In this document: one piece after another, positions 17,781 through 26,824 of the stretch
Layout of the letters: the number at the start of each line of letters is the position of its first letter
How positions within the stretch are numbered: the first letter of the stretch is position 1
From: Candidatus Poribacteria bacterium
GTDB taxonomy: Bacteria; Poribacteria; WGA-4E; WGA-3G
DNA: 47,148 bases
Direction of reading: 5' to 3'
NCBI GenBank assembly: GCA_009845545.1
Contig: VXZK01000303.1
Coordinates: forward strand, 1-47,148
Made by a program: the position numbers and the translations under genes
The notes under the pieces: model-generated
Database searches by the model: none
Told to the model about the DNA's origin: nothing
What the model saw: only the letters and a program-made list of their open reading frames with translations

Positions 17781-18086
17781 GCACAGGGGCTATCTGACGG
17801 AGCACAGATCCTTTTTCAACCGAACTCTATTTTCAACACTTTGTCTAAAAGAATAACACGTGCTCAATATAGGTCGGAACGTTTTGCTACTTTAGTATAA
17901 AATTTACTATGCTGTCTGTAGTCTTAGATGCCGCGTATGCGAATATCCTAACATATCGATGTCTGAGAAACCATTTTTATTAAGAATCGGCGTTGATACT
18001 TTATTCCAGGTCGGTTCCGCTTCTTAGAGATACGCGGATCGCAGAGAGCCGATAGAATCTTATCGATAATGTAGGTGGAGGAAATA

Positions 18087-21000
18087 ATGAATACAAGAGA
18101 AGGTTACGCAGAATTACAAACAAAAATTTTAGATGCCAGACGCGTTTGGAAACGTAGTATTTTTTGGGCTGGATTCGCTATCGTTCTGACGGGCATAATT
18201 GCCGTATTTGTGGGTGAGGCTATCATTGATTGGTTAATGCCCTTGCCAAGTTTTGTGCGAATTGCTTTGTTAACAGCCGGGGTCGGCGTGACGGGGTACC
18301 TGCTCTATAAGTATCTTCTTCAACCGCTCCGAGCGGCACTCACGCTCCGTGATATCGCACTCAACGTTGAGCAGAATCACCCTGACCTTGAAGATAGATT
18401 AGTAAGTGCAATTGAATTCGGCAACCGCGAGCCAACGGATCCAATTGAAGCGCACATGCTCCAACGCCTGATTCAAGATACGACGCAGCGCGTAAAAAGT
18501 ATTGATTTTAAAGCAACAGTCGATCATAGCCGGACCCGCAAGCATGTCGGCATCGCGGCTTTAGTTGTTGTCGGCTGCTCTGTACTCGCCCTCATATTTC
18601 CAACAGAACTCCATACCAGTCTTCTCCGCGTATTGGTCCCTTGGGAGAAAACTGAACCCGTTTTGACGACGAAACTAACTGTTGAACCCGGAAGTGTACG
18701 TATCCTTCGCGGTAAAAGCCTACCTATTCACGTCACTGTCACCGGAAAATCTGCTGAGAAGGTTGTTTTGGCTTATGAGAATATAGAGAACCGAGAAACC
18801 ACCGCCTCCGAATCGGAAACAACCCAGCAACAAATTAATATGTTACAAAACCCAGACGATAAACGTGGGTTTGCTTATGAAATTTTTAACATTGACGCAG
18901 ATATCGAATACTACGTTGTAGCGAACGAGACCACTTCGGAACGCTATACTGTTGAAGTCTTTGAGATGCCGAAGGTAACGGAAATTTCCGTGGCTTACAC
19001 TTATCCAGGCTACACAGGCCTTAAACCCGTCGTGCAAACTGGGACGGGGGACATTCAAGCCGTCGTTGGAACACAGGCGGAAATAAAACTCACGACCAAT
19101 AAAGCCATTCAAACTGCAACATTTGCTCTGAAGATGGATGTTAAGCCTGAAAAAGACGAAACTCAGGAACCTGCTTCAACCCAGATGGTTATCTCCGACG
19201 GGAACATCCTTACAACAACTGTAGATGTTATCGCGGACGGGACATATACCGTTGAACTTCTGGGCATTGATGGTTTCAATAACGAGATACCCATTGAATA
19301 CGCCATAAAAGCCATCCCGGACGCTGGACCGGAGGTTGTGATAAAGGAACCTGGGCGCGATATCAAAACGACAAAGTTGGGTGAAGTGGAAATCATCGCT
19401 GAAGCCACAGACGATTATGGCATCGCAGCACTAAAACTTATGTATCGCATCGGGTCTGACGAACTACACGAGTTAACCTTGGAAACCTCCACGCCTGATG
19501 CTATTGATACCGGGCAACGCCGCGTAGCAGACGGTAGTTATACATTCTACCTTGAGGAATTTGATGTCGAACCGGGCGATATTATCTCCTACTACGCACA
19601 CGCTGTCGATAATAACACGCTCACTGGGCCCAGCGAAGCGAGTAGCGATATTTATTTTATTGAAATCCGCCCGTTTAATGAAGATTTCCAAGAGATGGAG
19701 GCAGAACAGGGACCCCCGATGCCGAATCCGCTTTTAGAGATACTCACCTCCCAGAAGCAGATTATTCGAGAAACAGCGAAACACATTAGCGCGAAACCGT
19801 CATCAGTTACCGAGGAGTATCGGAGTGCCGTTAAGAAAACCGGGGACAAGCAAGATAAATTGAAGGATAAGACGCAGCGGCTCGCAGATGAGTTTAGCAT
19901 GGCGATGCAAGGCGAATCGCCAATCACGCCCGAGATTCTGATGAACTTGGAGGATGCAATACAAAGAATGCGTGAAGCAACCGATAGCCTGAACGCTGTC
20001 CAACCTGTTGCAGCGATACCCGCGGAACAAGAGGCACTTGAACTATTGATAAAAGTTAATCTTGAACTTCCGACCATACTGATGCAGATGCGGAACAGTA
20101 ATCCCCAACTTGCTGAGAATCTTGAACTCGAAATGGAGGAGCTGCAAAGCGAACTTGAGGAACAGCAGAACGAGCTTGATATGGAGATGCAGGAAGAGAC
20201 GCAGGAGATGTTAGATCAGGCACGTCAAATGTTGGCAGAGCAACAGCAGCTGAGTCAACAGAGCCAGCAGTTAGGACGTGAAAACGAACCATCTCCGAGC
20301 GATATGCAACAGAACAGTCAGCAACAAGGGCAGCTGTCCCAGCAGGCGCAGCAGATGGCACAGCAGCTCAGTACCATGCAGCAGAATGCGCAAGGATCCC
20401 AAGGCCAACGCTTGGATCAAGCCGGTCAAGCGATGCAACAGGCTGGCGAACAGATGGATCAAGCCTCACAAGGCATGCAACAACAAGAACCGCAACTTAG
20501 TGCCGCTAAAGGGCAAAAAGCAGAGGAAAGGCTTCAGGAAGCCATTGAACAGTTGGAAAAGGTCGCATCGGAATTCACCGATGCCGCGCTCGCTAATGCT
20601 GCAGAACAGGTCCAGCAGTTGATAGATGAACAATCCGGTGTCCAACAGGAGACACAAGAACTCAGGAACCGCTCTCAGCAGTTAGAAATGCGACCCGAAG
20701 ATTTCCGAAAGGCATCTGAACTTGCTAACGAACAGCGAGAACTTCAACAGGATCTCGAAGCACTTGAGAATACACTGGAGAACTTGCCGGAGCAGCTCCG
20801 TGAGGAGAACCCAGAGGCAGCCCGAAATGTAACGGATGCTACCAGACGGCTCACTGAAGAGCAGACTGCCGGGGATATGTCAACCGCACAACGCGCCCTG
20901 CAATGGCGTAGTTTCCGCGCCGCTGAACTGAATCAACAAGAGGTCGTGGAGACCCTCAGGCAGGTACAGGGAGATCTGCAACAGGCGCAAGCCAATATGG

Positions 21001-21572
21001 CAAACACCGAAGAAGAACAGCTCGAAGCCGCACTTCAGCAGCTTCAACAATCGCGGGAACAGATGGAGGACATCCAACGCGAACTTCAAACTATGGACGG
21101 GCAAGAGCAGACGGAAGAACAACAACGCCGTCAGCAACAACTCGCTGAGCAACAGCAACAGATTCAGGAGCGCATGCAACAGGCGCAACAAGCCATGCAA
21201 GATGGGCAGGAAGGACAACAACCCGGTCAACAGCCCGGACAACAACCTGGGCAGGAAGGACAGCAGCCCGGGCAGGCTGAAGGGGACGGTGAGAACCAAG
21301 AAGCACGCGCCGGGGGGCGGGAATCCGGACGTGAAATTAACGAACTCTGGCTCGATCTGCTGAATACTATGGACTATCGCCCTGGAAATCGCTCAAATCC
21401 GTTCCCTAACTATGAATTCGTTATTCGGGACTTGACGAAATTGGAAGCCGCACTTGAAGAGCGACTCAACACACTTCAGGAGAAAAAACGACTCTTCCAA
21501 GTCGCCAAAGAGGAGGTCCCGCCTGAGTACCGACGGCTCGTTGATGACTACTACGAGTCTTTGTCACAGTAG
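18087..21572 (+). CDS. Large membrane-anchored, Q/E-rich coiled-coil protein (DUF4175-like)
   Basis: ATG at 18087 follows GGAGG. Two N-terminal TM helices. Central ...DIYFIEIRPF... motif, then a very long Q/E-rich low-complexity region including GQQPGQQPGQQPGQEGQQPGQ. C-terminus EVPPEYRRLVDDYYESLSQ is typical of this family as I recall. Confidence 0.6.
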   Translation: MNTREGYAELQTKILDARRVWKRSIFWAGFAIVLTGIIAVFVGEAIIDWLMPLPSFVRIALLTAGVGVTGYLLYKYLLQPLRAALTLRDIALNVEQNHPDLEDRLVSAIEFGNREPTDPIEAHMLQRLIQDTTQRVKSIDFKATVDHSRTRKHVGIAALVVVGCSVLALIFPTELHTSLLRVLVPWEKTEPVLTTKLTVEPGSVRILRGKSLPIHVTVTGKSAEKVVLAYENIENRETTASESETTQQQINMLQNPDDKRGFAYEIFNIDADIEYYVVANETTSERYTVEVFEMPKVTEISVAYTYPGYTGLKPVVQTGTGDIQAVVGTQAEIKLTTNKAIQTATFALKMDVKPEKDETQEPASTQMVISDGNILTTTVDVIADGTYTVELLGIDGFNNEIPIEYAIKAIPDAGPEVVIKEPGRDIKTTKLGEVEIIAEATDDYGIAALKLMYRIGSDELHELTLETSTPDAIDTGQRRVADGSYTFYLEEFDVEPGDIISYYAHAVDNNTLTGPSEASSDIYFIEIRPFNEDFQEMEAEQGPPMPNPLLEILTSQKQIIRETAKHISAKPSSVTEEYRSAVKKTGDKQDKLKDKTQRLADEFSMAMQGESPITPEILMNLEDAIQRMREATDSLNAVQPVAAIPAEQEALELLIKVNLELPTILMQMRNSNPQLAENLELEMEELQSELEEQQNELDMEMQEETQEMLDQARQMLAEQQQLSQQSQQLGRENEPSPSDMQQNSQQQGQLSQQAQQMAQQLSTMQQNAQGSQGQRLDQAGQAMQQAGEQMDQASQGMQQQEPQLSAAKGQKAEERLQEAIEQLEKVASEFTDAALANAAEQVQQLIDEQSGVQQETQELRNRSQQLEMRPEDFRKASELANEQRELQQDLEALENTLENLPEQLREENPEAARNVTDATRRLTEEQTAGDMSTAQRALQWRSFRAAELNQQEVVETLRQVQGDLQQAQANMANTEEEQLEAALQQLQQSREQMEDIQRELQTMDGQEQTEEQQRRQQQLAEQQQQIQERMQQAQQAMQDGQEGQQPGQQPGQQPGQEGQQPGQAEGDGENQEARAGGRESGREINELWLDLLNTMDYRPGNRSNPFPNYEFVIRDLTKLEAALEERLNTLQEKKRLFQVAKEEVPPEYRRLVDDYYESLSQ

Positions 21573-21671
21573 TTCGAGGATACACTTTTGCTGGCGAGGT
21601 TTCAAACCTCGCCAGCATTGGATGCGGTATTATTGTTAATTGTTAATCTACAAATGATTGGAAAATCTACT

Positions 21672-22484
21672 ATGGAGTTTAAAAGTAAAAATATTGTCAC
21701 GCCGGGTGAGCTCATCAACTTAGACGATTACGCGCCCGAGTATACTGGGACTTACGAAAAAAAAGGTCAAACGAAGCGCAGATTGAAAAAGTTACATAAG
21801 CAGCTGCTGGAACTTCAAGGGCTGCTTTACGCGGAAAGCCAACACGCACTTCTTATCATCCTGCAAGGCATGGACACATGCGGCAAAGATGGGACTATTC
21901 GGAAGGTGATGGGGGGTATCAACGTCCAAGGCTGCGATGTTGTTAGCTTCAAGGTTCCAACCGCGGATGAACTCTCTCGTGATTTCTTATGGCGCGCACA
22001 CAAAGCCGTTCCATCCAAGGGAAAGATCGGCATCTTTAACCGTTCGCATTATGAAGATGTCCTCGTTGTTCGGGTGCATGATCTGGTGCCAGAGCAGGTC
22101 TGGTCCCAACGGTATCGGCAGATCAACGATTTTGAAAAGATGCTCGTTGAAAATGGAACAGTCGTCCTGAAATTTTTCCTTCACATCTCGAAGGATGAAC
22201 AGAAAGAACGCTTAGAATCTCGGATTAGTGATCCCACAAAACATTGGAAAGTCGAAGCATCCGATATTCGGGAACGCGGCTATTGGGAGCATTATATGCA
22301 GGCATACGAAGTGATGCTCCAAAAATGTAGTACCGACTGGGCACCCTGGTATATAATCCCCGCGAATAAAAAGTGGTATCGGAACCTCGTTATTACAGAA
22401 TGCATCGTAGAGACGCTCAAAAAACTCGATATGAAGTATCCTGAACCGTCTATTGATGTTACCCAACTCACGATTGAGGATTGA
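21672..22484 (+). CDS. ppk2: Polyphosphate kinase 2 family protein
   Basis: LLIILQGMDTCGKDGTIRKVMGG...FLWRAHKAVPSKGKIGIFNRSHYEDVLVVRVH is the PPK2 signature (Walker A-like GKDG). Confidence 0.9.
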   Translation: MEFKSKNIVTPGELINLDDYAPEYTGTYEKKGQTKRRLKKLHKQLLELQGLLYAESQHALLIILQGMDTCGKDGTIRKVMGGINVQGCDVVSFKVPTADELSRDFLWRAHKAVPSKGKIGIFNRSHYEDVLVVRVHDLVPEQVWSQRYRQINDFEKMLVENGTVVLKFFLHISKDEQKERLESRISDPTKHWKVEASDIRERGYWEHYMQAYEVMLQKCSTDWAPWYIIPANKKWYRNLVITECIVETLKKLDMKYPEPSIDVTQLTIED

Positions 22485-22635
22485 ACGTGGCGGCATTGCC
22501 GAAAGAAGTACCTGGGCACCGTTACCTATTTAATAATTGCCTATAGGTCAAATGTGCAGAAAATTAATCGAAAACCGATTTTGGTTCTCGCTGCGAAGTA
22601 GGACAAAATCGAGCGAAAACCTGATAGATAAAAAT

Positions 22636-23415
22636 ATGCTTTCAAAACAGCAGTTAGCACAATTTGAAGAAGAAGGTTACCTACTCCTTTCTGGGTTGAT
22701 TCCACAAGAGACTGGCACAAAAGCAGAGGCAGCGATGTGGAAAATGATGGGCATGGAGTCAGATAATCCTGATTCATGGCGACATTTCAAGCGTCCAGGA
22801 CTTGCTGGATTTTACATGGAACAGATGTCTACCGGGAATCGCATAGAACTTTTCGGCGTTACCAATCCAGACGTATTGGCATGTTGTACCCCTGATTATC
22901 TTACTGTTCTTAAACAACTTGCATCTCGATATCCAGAAATTCCACATTGTGAAGATCAACGTCCTGATGGTATTTGGGCACTCAACCAGTTCCCCGTTTC
23001 AGGCAAGTGGAAAAGCCCGTCGCCGCACTTAGATGGCGATTTCCGAGATTTCCGGTTGGACCCGGGGACGTTTCGAGCGACCAGTTTAACCTACCTCACC
23101 GATGCAAATTCACACGGCGGAACAACTGTGATATGGCCCGAAGGGCCGCAGCGCATTCGTAAATTCCGCAAAAAAAATCCCGAATTCTCAAACCACGTCC
23201 GCGATGTCCGAGCACTCTTTTCTGAGATGGACTTAGGCGAACCGATGGAAGTCGTCGCTAAACAGGGGGATGTCCTATTTTTTCATCACCTATTACCGCA
23301 CTCTGGGACGATGAACGTCGGTGCTTCTCCGCGCTTCGCAATTAGATATCTGTGTTTATGCCTCGCATGCCGCAAATGGGAGAAAAAAGGGGAGTGGAAT
23401 ATCTGGATGCCGTGA
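22636..23415 (+). CDS. Phytanoyl-CoA dioxygenase (PhyH) family protein
   Basis: MLSKQQLAQFEEEGYLLLSGLIP... N-terminus, HLDGD and ...HHLLPHSG (2-His-1-carboxylate pattern). Confidence 0.75.
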   Translation: MLSKQQLAQFEEEGYLLLSGLIPQETGTKAEAAMWKMMGMESDNPDSWRHFKRPGLAGFYMEQMSTGNRIELFGVTNPDVLACCTPDYLTVLKQLASRYPEIPHCEDQRPDGIWALNQFPVSGKWKSPSPHLDGDFRDFRLDPGTFRATSLTYLTDANSHGGTTVIWPEGPQRIRKFRKKNPEFSNHVRDVRALFSEMDLGEPMEVVAKQGDVLFFHHLLPHSGTMNVGASPRFAIRYLCLCLACRKWEKKGEWNIWMP

Positions 23416-23437
23416 AAGCCTAAATGGAGGAATAGAG

Positions 23438-24184
23438 ATGACTAAAAATAAAAAGATTGCTTTTTGCCAATATTTTTTCTTGGCACTTGCTTTGGTTTTA
23501 ACTTTTGTCTTAGCGGAAAGTACAGACGCACAAAAAGTGTTCGTACAAACAGGATTCGAGGAATTCCCCACCGGTAACCCACCCAAAGATTGGGAGGCAA
23601 TCGGCGGCGACTTTGAAGTTTCTAACGACACCGTCAAAACCGATAAAAAAGCACTCGCTATCTTAAACGGTGCGGATGGAGACGGACTCGGTGTCCCCAT
23701 AGAAACCGAAGACCCCATTATTTCGGTCGAATTCTATGTGTATATTGAAGGGGGCGGTAGGTCTTTCAATCTCAAAGTCGCCACTGCTGATGGTTTCGGC
23801 GAAAACAATGGCTGCACCTACATCAATTGGGATGCCGGTATTGTCCGACTTTACGACGGGGCCGCATGGCAACCCATTGGCGATTTTGAAACCGATACAT
23901 GGAAGTACGTCTACATTGTCGCCGATGTCGGCAAAAGCGAATTTGATTTTTCTGTAGGTGATGACAGGGACGATGCGTTGGGTGCCAAGCCAGAAAAAGG
24001 ACTGGCCTTTCGGAATGCTGCCCTCGGTCCCACCGCTAAATGGTTCGCTTTCTATACATGGGGAATAACTGTCCCCGGCTATATAGACGATCTACTTGTC
24101 TATGAAGGTGCAGATGCGCTTGATCTCGCCGTTGACCCAACCGGAAAACTCACCACATTCTGGGGACGTATCAAGACACCGTAA
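23438..24184 (+). CDS. Secreted jelly-roll/lectin-like hypothetical protein carrying the C-terminal tag
   Basis: ATG at 23438 follows GGAGG. Signal peptide MTKNKKIAFCQYFFLALALVLTFVLAES. Mostly beta-type sequence. C-terminus LAVDPTGKLTTFWGRIKTP. Confidence 0.6.
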   Translation: MTKNKKIAFCQYFFLALALVLTFVLAESTDAQKVFVQTGFEEFPTGNPPKDWEAIGGDFEVSNDTVKTDKKALAILNGADGDGLGVPIETEDPIISVEFYVYIEGGGRSFNLKVATADGFGENNGCTYINWDAGIVRLYDGAAWQPIGDFETDTWKYVYIVADVGKSEFDFSVGDDRDDALGAKPEKGLAFRNAALGPTAKWFAFYTWGITVPGYIDDLLVYEGADALDLAVDPTGKLTTFWGRIKTP

Positions 24185-24226
24185 GTGTCAATTTTAGAAA
24201 CAATAACCTCTTCACTACCAGCCCCG

Positions 24227-24251
24227 GTAGGTTCGGTTTCCTAACCGAACC
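24227..24251 (+). repeat. GTAG-headed REP-like hairpin (same family as the MITE core)
   Basis: GTAG-GTTCGGTT-TCCT-AACCGAACC. Copy B at 35967-35991 reads GTAG-GTGCGGTT-TCCT-AACCGCACC, a compensatory G:C to T:A change in the stem. Confidence 0.65.
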
Positions 24252-24290
24252 GGATTTTACGCGGAAACCTTGAAGATTTCAAAGCCTTCT

Positions 24291-24370
24291 TCAGTCCCGT
24301 AGGGACGCAATGTTTATAGCAGCGTTGGCAACTAAGAATCTTAGTCCCGTAGGGACGGCATGTTTATATC
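24291..24370 (+). repeat. Two ~30-bp direct repeats spaced 50 bp apart
   Basis: TCAGTCCCGTAGGGACGCAATGTTTATAGC (24291-24320) and TTAGTCCCGTAGGGACGGCATGTTTATATC (24341-24370). Each contains the GTCCC-GTA-GGGAC mini-hairpin with a GTAG. Confidence 0.65.
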
Positions 24371-24470
24371 TACAGTTCCTAAAACGCTATCAAAAACCGC
24401 TAAATTGACACCTATGGGGCAGCATTTGTAGGGACTCACTTATTTTTTCAAGGGTGGAGATATTTAAACT

Positions 24471-25217
24471 ATGAAATTGATGCGAGATGTGAGAGAGCGA
24501 ATTCACACTGCGGGGACAGGGTTACGGGATCTGTTAAGTACCGTTCGGGAGTTAACAGATGGTATCCGATCTATAGACAGAGAGCGGATACCGGATCCTA
24601 AAAAAGCTATTCAAGAGTTAAAAGGATCCGTGGGGGTTGTACGTAAGGCGGGATTAGATGAATTGAAAAAATTGAGAGCGGCTATTCAGGATCTGCAAGA
24701 CGCTATTGACGCTATGAAAACTAAAGCAAAAACACGGATGCCAGATATGTCTATGGCTGAGTGGTGGTGGAATTTGAAAAATGCCTTTGATACATTGAAA
24801 AAAGCGGTTCCTTCTATAAGGGAGGTACGAGTGCCAAGTCCAGATGACCTACCGTTAGGTGAGATAGCGGGATTAATTGCCGGATTTGGAGTCCCCGGCC
24901 TTGTGTTGGTTATTTTAATAACATATTCACCTTGGGTCGGTGCGGCAGCGATAACATCATCCCTTGCTGCCTTGGGACCCTTTGGGATGCTTAGTGGAAT
25001 CGCTATGTTGGGAGTTTTAGCATTTATTTCAAGGGCACTCACCAAATTTGGCTTTGAGAAAGTGCTCTCAGCAGTACTTGTTAAGTTAAAAGAAGATGGT
25101 AAAACTTGTGAAGATATTCAAGAGGAAATTAATGCATATCCGATTTCCGATGAACTAAAACAAAAAATTGAGGAATTTATTGAAGAGTTCTACGAAGGAA
25201 AAAATCATGAGCAATGA
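24471..25217 (+). CDS. Hypothetical membrane protein (coiled-coil N-terminus, 2-3 TM helices)
   Basis: 248-aa ORF preceded by GGTGGAG. Hydrophobic block GEIAGLIAGFGVPGLVLVILITY...LGPFGMLSGIAMLGVLAFISRAL. I recognise no family. Confidence 0.45.
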   Translation: MKLMRDVRERIHTAGTGLRDLLSTVRELTDGIRSIDRERIPDPKKAIQELKGSVGVVRKAGLDELKKLRAAIQDLQDAIDAMKTKAKTRMPDMSMAEWWWNLKNAFDTLKKAVPSIREVRVPSPDDLPLGEIAGLIAGFGVPGLVLVILITYSPWVGAAAITSSLAALGPFGMLSGIAMLGVLAFISRALTKFGFEKVLSAVLVKLKEDGKTCEDIQEEINAYPISDELKQKIEEFIEEFYEGKNHEQ

Positions 25218-26022
25218 AACAGTTTGTCTCACAGCAGCCCAGCGATTACACTTTGACATCTACGGTTATGTATTATTAGAGAACGTCCTAAACAGCGATG
25301 AAATTGAGCGTATGAAGGGCGCACTCTATAAAATAAAAGCCGACGAAGGTCGGGATGCCAAGCGTGTCTATGCCCGTCCGGGCGGAGAGCACCACGTCCT
25401 TTTCGGCAACCTTGTTGAATATGATCCAGCGTTATTGGAATACGCTGCACATCCAAAACTCGTGCCATTGGTCGAAGAAGTCGTCGGTGGCGCAGTCCGT
25501 CTTGAGGAAACCGAAGCGATCATTAATAGTCGTAATCCAGAGACAGAGCTGGACGAACTCCACAAACGCCGCTATAACCCGACCGGTTTTCATCGTGGGA
25601 CGCAACACGGGTGGGGCACTTATATAGAACAGAACAAGTTCCACTGCATCTTCGTCAAAACGCTTGCATACCTTACCGATGTCGGTCCCGATGATGGCGG
25701 TACATGCGTCATACCGGGCAGCCATCGCTTAACGTGGAATCAGAGCGAGATGATTGAAGCGGCACTCTCGGATGACAAACTCATCTACCAAGTCGAAGCC
25801 TCCGCCGGTTCCGTCCTGCTTTTTGCCGAAGCGTTGATTCACAGCACCACTGCTATCCGTAGCGACAAAGAGCGTGTCATCCTCATCTCCGGTTACACAC
25901 CACCGATGGTACGCGAATGGCCCGGCAACGAAGTGAGCCCAGAATTTATTGAAACCTTACCAGAAGACATCCGTCCGCTTATCTCAGGAAGCGACAGCTG
26001 GCACTGGAAGCGTCGGTATTGA
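25207..26022 (+). CDS. Phytanoyl-CoA dioxygenase (PhyH) family protein
   Basis: LTAAQRLHFDIYGYVLLENVLNSDEIERM..., FHRGTQH, CVIPGSHR, LIHST. Overlaps the upstream gene by 11 nt. Confidence 0.85.
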   Translation: MSNETVCLTAAQRLHFDIYGYVLLENVLNSDEIERMKGALYKIKADEGRDAKRVYARPGGEHHVLFGNLVEYDPALLEYAAHPKLVPLVEEVVGGAVRLEETEAIINSRNPETELDELHKRRYNPTGFHRGTQHGWGTYIEQNKFHCIFVKTLAYLTDVGPDDGGTCVIPGSHRLTWNQSEMIEAALSDDKLIYQVEASAGSVLLFAEALIHSTTAIRSDKERVILISGYTPPMVREWPGNEVSPEFIETLPEDIRPLISGSDSWHWKRRY

Positions 26023-26058
26023 TTTACCGCTTTTCTGGTAAGCGCGCCTCTATACCTG

Positions 26059-26772
26059 TTATTGACGCTTGAGTTTTCCCCATGTAATAGCGAGTTTGCT
26101 GCTCGGTTCTACGGGAAGGGTTCCGGGACCACCGTCTGGAATATTGCTCCCTGTGATTTTAACGTCATCAAACCGAGCCTGCGCACCTGAGACTATGAGC
26201 CCAGCTTTTCCGCTTTTTATCGGGTTTTTGTCAGTAACAGTGAACACCTCGTCATCAATTTGAAATTTAAGTTTCCCGCTGCTGTCAATAGATGCGGTAA
26301 GGGCATACCATCTATTGAGTTTCGCTGCGAAATCGAATTCGCCGAGTGTTGATGCTCTGCCTGTATGCTTTGTAATATAGACGGTCTTCGACAGGTAAAA
26401 AATCTCACATATGTAGAAGGAAGATGCCTCCCATCTCTGATGCAGGATCAGTCCGAACGAGGCTGGTTTATCCTTGGCTTTAACCAACTTGGCTCTACAT
26501 GAAAGCGAGTAGGCTCTCCAATCAAGTTCACCTGTTGACCATACGGTGGGCAAGTCATGGTGAGGTTCAAATGTTTCAGTCACTGCCTCACCTCTATCAA
26601 TCCACCATTTTGCCTCTTCTTCGTCAAGAGTATTAAAGAGTTCCCATTCTTGCGTATTGTCATCTTCAAAAGCGTCTGTCCATGTACCAGCAAAGCTCTG
26701 TTGATTAAAGACCATAGCACACAGAACAACATAGAAGGGGCATAAAAAACCTCTGAGTTTCTTAAATCTCAT
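26059..26772 (-). CDS. Secreted DUF1080-like (3-keto-disaccharide hydrolase/LamG-like) protein carrying the C-terminal tag
   Basis: Signal peptide. ...GKAGLIVSGAQARFDDVKITG is typical of the DUF1080 end. C-terminus LPVEPSSKLAITWGKLKRQ. Confidence 0.7.
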   Translation of the reverse strand: MRFKKLRGFLCPFYVVLCAMVFNQQSFAGTWTDAFEDDNTQEWELFNTLDEEEAKWWIDRGEAVTETFEPHHDLPTVWSTGELDWRAYSLSCRAKLVKAKDKPASFGLILHQRWEASSFYICEIFYLSKTVYITKHTGRASTLGEFDFAAKLNRWYALTASIDSSGKLKFQIDDEVFTVTDKNPIKSGKAGLIVSGAQARFDDVKITGSNIPDGGPGTLPVEPSSKLAITWGKLKRQ

Positions 26773-26824
26773 TGCTTTTTCCTTTGCAATTCTTACGAGT
26801 TGTGTTGATATAGCGGCACTTCGT

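Noticed and set aside
18843-21306. Numerous 60-140-aa ORFs antisense to or out of frame with the 18087-21572 gene.
   Set aside because: These are low-complexity Q/E-rich coding sequence read in other frames, which produces L/S/P-rich artefacts. They have no RBS and no motifs.
21634-21647. Shared 14-mer TGTTAATTGTTAAT upstream of ppk2 (21634-21647) and of the IolB-like gene (37145-37158), as a possible common operator.
   Set aside because: By rough estimate, several exact 14-mer matches are expected by chance among all position pairs in 47 kb (both strands). It is AT-rich low complexity. It is worth only a genome-wide motif count.
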